Shown here in pieces: positions 57,625 to 64,000 of a DNA stretch of 64,000 nucleotides; within the stretch, counting starts at the first letter, position 1, and the number at the start of each line of letters is the position of its first letter. Under the pieces are notes generated by a model that saw nothing but the letters and a program-made list of their open reading frames with translations, was not told the DNA's origin and searched no databases. This DNA is from an uncultured Chloracidobacterium sp. (GTDB lineage Bacteria > Acidobacteriota > Blastocatellia > Pyrinomonadales > Pyrinomonadaceae), in assembly GCA_964526245.1 (NCBI GenBank), contig CAZGLZ010000006.1, positions 2,215 to 66,214 of the forward strand, read 5' to 3'. Position numbers and translations under genes: made by a program.

Positions 57625-57710
57625 GGAGGGGTAGCCTAATTGGTAAGGCAGTAGTCTTGAAAACTACCGCGGGAAACCGCTTGCAGGTTCGAGTCCTGTC
57701 CCCTCCGCCA
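57625..57710 (+). tRNA. tRNA-Ser (anticodon TGA)
   Basis: Acceptor GGAGGGG/CCCCTCC. Anticodon stem GTAGT/ACTAC with loop CTTGAAA. Long variable arm CGCGG-GAAA-CCGC. T-arm GCAGG-TTCGAGT-CCTGT. Encoded CCA. Confidence 0.9.
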
Positions 57711-57817
57711 TCTCCTTCCGATCTGATAAAAAGCGAAAATTGTTGACCCGAGAGGAGAATTAGGGTAAGTTTGCAAATGAATGATGATTCATTCAGTCGC
57801 TTGCCCCTGCTGCGGGC

Positions 57818-58453
57818 ATGCATTTCTTTCGCCTAATGTCACGAATCCCTAAGAACGCAGCGGCGGCCCGTGCAGCCGTTTCAGATAAGCGCAACGCAAT
57901 TCACCGTGCGGCGGTCGAGGTCTTTGCCGCAAAGGGGTATTTCAACTCGAAGGTCGCTGACATCGCATCGGCAGCCGGAGTTGCGGACGGCACGGTCTAT
58001 CTTTATTTCAAGAGCAAGGAAGAGATCCTGCACTACATTTTTGATCGGGCGATGGAGGAATTCATCGGTGACGGGCTCCGCGAACTGGCCGAGATCGAAG
58101 CTCCCGCCGATAAACTCCGACGAGTTGCGGAGCTTCACCTCGAAAGGCTCGGGGCGGACCGCGACCTTGCCGTGGTCTTTCAGGTCGAACTTCGCGGCTC
58201 GACCAAATTCATGAGTGAGTTTTCGCGTGCGGGCTTTGCGAAGTATCTGGACATAATCAAGAAAACCATCGACGAAGGCCAAAAGGCCGGCAGCTTTCGG
58301 AAGGACATCAAGCCAATCGTCGCAGCAAAGATCTTTTACGGCGCTCTGGATGAAATGGTTACGAACTGGATACTTTCAGATCGCTCTTACCCGCTTCGCC
58401 CGATGGCAAACGAAGTAATGAAGATATTTCTCGGAGGTATTGCGGCCAAGTGA
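57818..58453 (+). CDS. TetR/AcrR-family transcriptional regulator
   Basis: IHRAAVEVFAAKGYFNSKVADIASAAGVADGTVYLYFKSKEEIL. An alternative start at 57836 is possible. Confidence 0.85.
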   Translation: MHFFRLMSRIPKNAAAARAAVSDKRNAIHRAAVEVFAAKGYFNSKVADIASAAGVADGTVYLYFKSKEEILHYIFDRAMEEFIGDGLRELAEIEAPADKLRRVAELHLERLGADRDLAVVFQVELRGSTKFMSEFSRAGFAKYLDIIKKTIDEGQKAGSFRKDIKPIVAAKIFYGALDEMVTNWILSDRSYPLRPMANEVMKIFLGGIAAK

Positions 58454-60315
58454 CCATTTCGCTCGAAACCGGCATTCACTCACCGCGGCGGAACACCGGT
58501 CGCGGTCTGCCGCATTTTCCTGATGAGCCCCGAACGCTGAGTGGGCTCTTTGAATATGCGGCCGAGAAAAAGGCACGTCCGGACGCGCTGCGTTATCGAA
58601 CGCCGGATGGCTGGGTCGCGATCTCGTCGGGCGAAATGCTTGAGCAGGCAGGCAACATCGCTCTCGGGCTCTATTCGCTGGGCCTAAGAAAGGGCGACCG
58701 GGCGGCGATACTTGCCGCCAATTCCCCGTGGTGGACGCTAGCCGATGCGGGCTGCCAGTTTGCGGGCGTCATCGACGTCCCGATCTACACGACACTCGCT
58801 CCGGCTTCGATCGAGTACATCCTCAATGATTCGGGCGCCAGGGCGATCTTCATTGATACCGCCGAGGCGTTCGAACGGATCGCCGACGTTTTGCCGAATT
58901 GCCCGCAGCTTGAGCACGTCGTTTTCTTTGACGCGGCGGCTGCCGAGCGGCACTCCGCGATCGACCTCGCCCTGCTCGAGAAAAGCGGTGCCGAGATACG
59001 CGTTGACGAACCCGGGTTGTTGCAGAAGCTTGAAGCTGAGGCCGACCCCGACGACGTGGCGACGCTTATTTACACCAGCGGGACAACGGGCGAACCGAAG
59101 GGAGTGATGCTGACGCATGCCTGCATCCTTTCGAACGTCATTGACGCGGGTGAGAAGTATTCGTTCACGTCGGCGGATTCGTGCCTTTCGGTGCTTCCGC
59201 TCTCTCACATCTTCGAACGCTCGGCGATGTACCTCTACATCTTCAACGGGATGTGCGTCAATTTCGCCGAGTCTATCGAGAAAGTGCCGGAAAACCTCGC
59301 CGAGGTTCGGCCGACGATACTTGTCGGCGTTCCGCGGATCTTCGAGAAAGTTTATGCTCGCGGTAAGCTCAAGGCATCCGAGAGCGGCGGTTTGAAAGAA
59401 AAGATCTTTGACTGGGCGATCGCGACCGCAAAGGAATACGCCCTTTTGAACGAGCAGGACGCGAACATGCCGCTTTCGCTTAAGCTGAAGCACTCGCTAG
59501 CCGATCGGTTGGTCTTTTCCAAACTTAGAGAGTTCTTCGGCGGGCAGCTTCGCTTCTGCATTACAGGCGGTGCCGCTTTAGCCGATGATATTTTCCTCAT
59601 TTTTACGGGTGCGGGCATTCCGATCATGCAGGGCTATGGCCTGACCGAAACTTCGCCGGTCATTTCGTCAAACAACCCTTTCGATATCCGGCTTGGCACG
59701 GTCGGAAAGCCGATCCGCAATGTGCAGGTCCGAATCGCCGAAGATGGTGAGATCGAGACGACCGGCCCGGGCGTAATGCTCGGCTATTACAAGAAAGAGC
59801 AAGCGACCCGCGAGGCCTTTACCGAGGACGGTTGGTTCCGGACGGGCGACATCGGCGAGATAGACGAGGATGGCTTTCTTCGGATAACGGACCGCAAGAA
59901 AGAACTTTTCAAGACCTCCGGCGGCAAGTACATCGCGCCGTCGCCGATCGAACAGATGCTAAAGGCGTCAAAATTCGTGAGTCAGGCTGTTCTCGTTGGT
60001 AACGAGCGAAAATTTGCGGCGGCATTGATCGTGCCCAATTTCGATATGCTCGTGTCTTACGCAAAGCACAAGGGTCTTGAGATCTCTGGCCCGGAGGAGT
60101 TTGTCTCGCACCCACGGATCCTTGACCTGTTCGAAAGGCAGATCGCTGCCGCGACCGAAGGCCTAGCTCGATTTGAAACGGTTAAACGGTTTGCTTTGCT
60201 GACCGAAGAGCTTACGGTAGAGGGCGGCGAAATGACGCCGACGCTCAAGGTAAAACGCCGGGTCATCGATGAAAAATACGCCGAAATCATAGAAAAGCTA
60301 TATGAGGAAGATTAA
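58450..60315 (+). CDS. AMP-dependent long-chain-fatty-acid--CoA ligase (FadD-like)
   Basis: IYTSGTTGEPKGVMLTH AMP-binding motif, GYGLTETS, TGDIGEIDEDGFLRITDRKK. Overlaps the TetR stop. Confidence 0.88.
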   Translation: MTISLETGIHSPRRNTGRGLPHFPDEPRTLSGLFEYAAEKKARPDALRYRTPDGWVAISSGEMLEQAGNIALGLYSLGLRKGDRAAILAANSPWWTLADAGCQFAGVIDVPIYTTLAPASIEYILNDSGARAIFIDTAEAFERIADVLPNCPQLEHVVFFDAAAAERHSAIDLALLEKSGAEIRVDEPGLLQKLEAEADPDDVATLIYTSGTTGEPKGVMLTHACILSNVIDAGEKYSFTSADSCLSVLPLSHIFERSAMYLYIFNGMCVNFAESIEKVPENLAEVRPTILVGVPRIFEKVYARGKLKASESGGLKEKIFDWAIATAKEYALLNEQDANMPLSLKLKHSLADRLVFSKLREFFGGQLRFCITGGAALADDIFLIFTGAGIPIMQGYGLTETSPVISSNNPFDIRLGTVGKPIRNVQVRIAEDGEIETTGPGVMLGYYKKEQATREAFTEDGWFRTGDIGEIDEDGFLRITDRKKELFKTSGGKYIAPSPIEQMLKASKFVSQAVLVGNERKFAAALIVPNFDMLVSYAKHKGLEISGPEEFVSHPRILDLFERQIAAATEGLARFETVKRFALLTEELTVEGGEMTPTLKVKRRVIDEKYAEIIEKLYEED

Positions 60316-60321
60316 CCTCCG

Positions 60322-61275
60322 CTAGAATGGGCGGATCGGGATACGATTCGGCACGCCCGTTACGAATTCCAGCAGATAATCCGTAAATTTCTTTCCTGCT
60401 TTGTCGACCTCGACGATGTCGAATGGCTGCAGCATAACATCTTTCTGCTCGCCTTTCTTGATCGAATCGTAATTGGCGACGATCACCTCGGGCTCGGTGC
60501 TTCCTTGCTGCCGGCGATAGATCTTGATGTTCTTAGTTTTTGCCTCGCGGGTGATGCCGCTGGCCATCGCGACCGCCTGCGTTAGCGGCAGCCCGCCTTC
60601 CGGAATGCTCAACTCGCCCGGTTTGATCACTTCACCGGTAACGTAAACCGGTGATGCTTTCTGTACAATGATGATATCGCCGGGAAGGATCTCAGGATTT
60701 GATTCTTCGCGTCCCTGGCGGAGGCTTGCAAGGCTATACATCCGCGAGGGCACCTCGGCACCGGAGGTGCTCCAATTCTCTGTTGCCTCGGAACACATCG
60801 GCGGGCGCGTACGAAAGACCTGGATCATCCCGCCGCTCTTTTCCGTTTCGCCGCCGGCAAAGGAAATAAGTTCTAGAAGATAGGCACGTCGAGTTAGATT
60901 TACCTGTTGCTGCTGCCGGACCTCGCCATAGATGCTGACAGGCGGACGGCTGTTCCGCTGCGTTACGCGGAGACTGAGCTGCGGCGTACGCAAATAGCGC
61001 GTAAGAAGCTTTACGACATCGCCCCGGAGGTCGCGTTCCGTTTTGCACCTGGCAACGATCGGATCCTCGAAAAAAGGCACCTCGATCTTACCGTCCTCAT
61101 CGACCGTGGCCACGAAATCGAACTGCGGTTCGCCGAGCACCTTGCCGGTTATCTCGTCGCCGGGCCCGATTAGATAACCCTGCGGGCCTTCCGCAGGCTC
61201 CGGGGTCTGGGCCACGGCGGCAAGGCCAAGCGTTAGTATCGGTAAGAGCGAAAGGGCAAATTTCTTGAACATCAT
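60322..61275 (-). CDS. Polysaccharide export protein (Wza-like Poly_export plus SLBB)
   Basis: Signal peptide; YLIGPGDEI motif; PGDIIIV and FDIVEV SLBB-like elements. Confidence 0.75.
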   Translation of the reverse strand: MMFKKFALSLLPILTLGLAAVAQTPEPAEGPQGYLIGPGDEITGKVLGEPQFDFVATVDEDGKIEVPFFEDPIVARCKTERDLRGDVVKLLTRYLRTPQLSLRVTQRNSRPPVSIYGEVRQQQQVNLTRRAYLLELISFAGGETEKSGGMIQVFRTRPPMCSEATENWSTSGAEVPSRMYSLASLRQGREESNPEILPGDIIIVQKASPVYVTGEVIKPGELSIPEGGLPLTQAVAMASGITREAKTKNIKIYRRQQGSTEPEVIVANYDSIKKGEQKDVMLQPFDIVEVDKAGKKFTDYLLEFVTGVPNRIPIRPF

Positions 61276-61429
61276 ACTTCTCCGGCCGTTTTCACCGACC
61301 CTCAGACTATCTTATAACCCGATTCGATTCAATTTTCCGCGTCTAACGTTGCCTTTTGTTGAGTTAACCGCGCCATAACAAACCCTTCCTCGGCGCTTGC
61401 ACGTTAAGGCTATTCGCTTCAAAGTATTA

Positions 61430-63427
61430 ATGTTTTCCCCGAATTGTCGGTTTCTTAACGTGAAAGAGAACTATCGCGAAAGATTGTGGTATCTCCGGCG
61501 GCCAACGCAGGTGGCGGCGGACCTCGTAGTCATGACGGTCGCGTTCTTTCTTGCGTATCTGCCGGCGATCAATATTCAGCTCGGCGAGTTCTACTTCAAT
61601 ACGGCACTTAGCCAACTTCCGCTAGTTATTCTTGTTCAGTTCTCTTCGCTTTTCCTTACCGGAGCCTATTCGATCCTCTGGCGATATATCAGCATCGAGG
61701 ACCTCAAGGTCTTTCTGTGGGCGGCGGCGATCTCAGGTGCCGTTCTCGTACTCTTCCGTTTTTCACTGAGTTTTGCCGAGTTCCCGCTCTGGCAGGTGCC
61801 GATCTCGGTGATAATGATCGACACGGTGCTGGCCTTCGGCGGCTTGCTGGCGCTTCGGATCAGTCGCCGGTTCATTTATGAGCTCGGCGAGAAGCGAACG
61901 TTGCTTGTTCCGCACCGCCGGATGAAGCGGACGCCCTCGCTCGTGGTCGGTGCAGGAAGAACCGGTGCCGCACTCGCGAAGGAGGTCGTCGGCCGTGCCG
62001 ATTCGCGGCTTCTGCTTCGCGGTTTTGTTGACGATGACCGCCGCAAACAGGGCGGTAGTGTTAGCGGCATAAAGATACTCGGGACTACGCACGACCTGCC
62101 GAGGCTCGTTGAAGAGCTTGACGTTGAAGAGGTCGTTATCGCGATCGACCAAGGTAACGGTAAGGACCTTCGTAGGATACTCGAGATCTGCCGCTCGATC
62201 CCGGTCAAGGCCCAGATGATCCCGAATCTCAATGAGATCGCCCAGGGCAAGATATCGATAAACCGCATTCGTGACGTCGAGATCGAGGACCTTCTTGGCC
62301 GCGACCCCGTAAAGCTTGACGAAAGCAACCTCCACGAATTTCTCTCCGGCAAGGTCGTAATGGTGACCGGTGCCGGCGGCTCGATCGGTTCGGAGCTTGT
62401 CCGCCAGATCGCCCGCTTTAAGCCCCAAGAGGTGCTGCTGGTCGAAAGGGCCGAGTTCAATCTTTTCACCATCGAACGCGAAGCTCGGATCGACCTGCCC
62501 GAGCTTCGGACGCGGCCGCTGCTTGCCGATGCGGGCGACGAAGCGCGGATGCGCGAGCTTTTCGAGCGGCACCGGCCCGCGGTCGTCTTCCATGCCGCGG
62601 CGCACAAGCACGTGCCGATGATGGAAGCGAACCCGATCGAGGCCGTGACGAACAACATCTTCGCCACGCTTAATGTTGCCTCGCTGGCCGGCGTTTTCGG
62701 AGCAAGCCATTTCGTGCTTATTTCGACCGACAAGGCGGTAAACCCGACCTCGGTAATGGGCGCTTCTAAGCGCGTCGCGGAGATCGTCGTTCAGGACCTC
62801 AGCCGCAATTACAAAACGCGGTACACCTCGGTTCGTTTTGGCAATGTGCTCGGCTCGGCGGGTTCGGTCGTACCGATCTTTCGTGAACAGATCCGTCGCG
62901 GCGAGCCGATCACGGTAACGCATCCGGATATGACGCGTTACTTCATGACCATCCCTGAGGCATCGCAACTCGTACTTCAGGCCGGCGCGCTCGGCGAGGG
63001 CGGCGAGATATTTATCCTCGACATGGGCCAACCGGTCCGCATCGTTGACCTCGCGGAGGAAATGATCCGGCTCTCCGGCCTTATTCCGTATGAGGATATC
63101 GACATCGTCTTTACGGGAACGCGAAAGGGCGAAAAGCTTTTTGAGGAACTCGAGATCACGGGCGAGAATCTGCTCAAGACGCGGCACCCGAAGATCTTCA
63201 TCGGCAAGATCGCGGCTTACTCGAAGGAGCAAGTTGCGGAGATCGTCGAGCGCTTTCGGCGTTCGGTCGAGCTGAGGAACGAGTCCGAGATTCGAAGCGT
63301 GCTTTCTGACGTCCTGCCCGAGGCATCGCTGAGCGGAACCAACGCAGCCGAGTTGGAACCCGAGGGCGACGCCGAAACCGGCAAGGCATTTGCTCAACCC
63401 GGTAAGCTCGGGCTGGCCGGGAAGTGA
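61430..63427 (+). CDS. Membrane-bound polysaccharide biosynthesis protein, CapD/WbpM/PglF-like NDP-sugar 4,6-dehydratase/epimerase
   Basis: N-terminal TM segments, [25 protein letters not shown] Rossmann motif, [19 protein letters not shown] 61430 chosen; a TTG at 61397 is also possible. Confidence 0.85.
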   Translation: MFSPNCRFLNVKENYRERLWYLRRPTQVAADLVVMTVAFFLAYLPAINIQLGEFYFNTALSQLPLVILVQFSSLFLTGAYSILWRYISIEDLKVFLWAAAISGAVLVLFRFSLSFAEFPLWQVPISVIMIDTVLAFGGLLALRISRRFIYELGEKRTLLVPHRRMKRTPSLVVGAGRTGAALAKEVVGRADSRLLLRGFVDDDRRKQGGSVSGIKILGTTHDLPRLVEELDVEEVVIAIDQGNGKDLRRILEICRSIPVKAQMIPNLNEIAQGKISINRIRDVEIEDLLGRDPVKLDESNLHEFLSGKVVMVTGAGGSIGSELVRQIARFKPQEVLLVERAEFNLFTIEREARIDLPELRTRPLLADAGDEARMRELFERHRPAVVFHAAAHKHVPMMEANPIEAVTNNIFATLNVASLAGVFGASHFVLISTDKAVNPTSVMGASKRVAEIVVQDLSRNYKTRYTSVRFGNVLGSAGSVVPIFREQIRRGEPITVTHPDMTRYFMTIPEASQLVLQAGALGEGGEIFILDMGQPVRIVDLAEEMIRLSGLIPYEDIDIVFTGTRKGEKLFEELEITGENLLKTRHPKIFIGKIAAYSKEQVAEIVERFRRSVELRNESEIRSVLSDVLPEASLSGTNAAELEPEGDAETGKAFAQPGKLGLAGK

Positions 63428-63437
63428 CCCTGCAATT

Positions 63438-64000
63438 ATGTCGATCCTTGTTACCGGCGGGGCCGGCTACATCGGAAGCGTGACGGTCGAAGCCCTCAGG
63501 GGACGCGGACAAAAGGTCGTCGTCATTGATAACCTCGTTTACGGCCACCGCAATGCGGTCGATGCTTCAGTGCCGTTCTACGAAGGCGACATCGGCGATA
63601 AGGAACTCGTCTCTCGAATGATCGCCGAACATTCCGTTACAGCCTGCATACATTTTTCCGCATACGCCTACGTCGGCGAATCCGTTCAGCAGCCGCAGAA
63701 ATATTTTCAGAACAACGTCCGCCAAACGCTCGACCTGCTTGATGTCCTTCTCGAGCATGATGTAAAGCAGTTCATCTTCTCGTCGACCTGTGCCACCTTT
63801 GGCGAGCCGCAATATACGCCGATAGACGAGCAACACCCACAGAAGCCGACCAACCCTTACGGCTGGTCAAAGCTGATGATTGAACGTGTGCTTGAGGCTT
63901 ACTCGACGGCCTATGGGCTTCGTTGCGTAGTTCTTCGCTACTTCAACGCATCGGGCGCGACCGCAACGCGAGGCGAAGATCATTTTCCTGAAACGCACCT
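63438..64000 (+). CDS. galE: UDP-glucose 4-epimerase, 5' part (runs off the window)
   Basis: Hand translation: [33 protein letters not shown]...FSSTCATFG...NPYGWSKLM...LRYFNASGA. Confidence 0.75.
   Translation, partial: MSILVTGGAGYIGSVTVEALRGRGQKVVVIDNLVYGHRNAVDASVPFYEGDIGDKELVSRMIAEHSVTACIHFSAYAYVGESVQQPQKYFQNNVRQTLDLLDVLLEHDVKQFIFSSTCATFGEPQYTPIDEQHPQKPTNPYGWSKLMIERVLEAYSTAYGLRCVVLRYFNASGATATRGEDHFPETH

Noticed and set aside
61763-63397. 544-aa and 285-aa minus-strand ORFs overlapping the CapD/WbpM-like gene
   Set aside because: The plus-strand gene has clear Rossmann and dehydratase motifs. The antisense ORFs are low-complexity, Arg-rich shadows.

Overview
Roughly the first 51 kb of this window is accessory DNA: defence genes, polymorphic toxins and a small integrative element. 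The last ~11 kb is ordinary chromosome (recF-gyrB, tRNA-Ser, TetR plus acyl-CoA ligase, polysaccharide export and biosynthesis genes, start of galE). Main blocks: (1) nt 1-11.7 kb holds three giant ORFs chained by ATGA overlaps. They form a DISARM class-1-like core: a DEAD/DUF1998 helicase fused to a Vsr/DUF559-like nuclease, an SNF2 helicase, and a 1295-aa NPPY adenine methylase. (2) nt 11.5-15.1 kb holds an imperfect direct duplication of the methylase 3' end. Each copy is followed by a different HEPN (Rx4H) gene. The two copies bracket an AvcD/DcdV-like P-loop plus dCTP-deaminase gene flanked by two small SD-preceded ORFs. (3) A HEPN plus Upf1-like SF1 helicase pair is followed by a decayed gene fragment, then an XRE regulator and a membrane protein. 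(4) nt 19.5-22.9 kb is a translationally coupled three-gene operon that I cannot assign to any described system. It encodes an NT5C nucleotidase/ParB-like/SpoT-type HD fusion, a histidine phosphatase, and a Bpt/ATE-type aminoacyl-tRNA-protein transferase homologue with an unrecognised N-terminal half. This operon is my best candidate for something undescribed, together with the methylase-HEPN-helicase arrangement. (5) Next come a YVTN/FG-GAP surface protein, sbcB, a secreted NUC nuclease and a membrane-anchored patatin. (6) nt 31.8-45.4 kb is a Sec-type RHS locus with one full-length gene, three orphan toxin tips each with a small downstream gene, and one dead fragment. (7) nt 46.0-51.3 kb is an integrase/excisionase/primase-helicase/TerS-like element ending at a 3' half of a tRNA. 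I saw no CRISPR array, rRNA or reverse transcriptase. All domain calls come from motif recognition by eye on the supplied translations; no searches were run.
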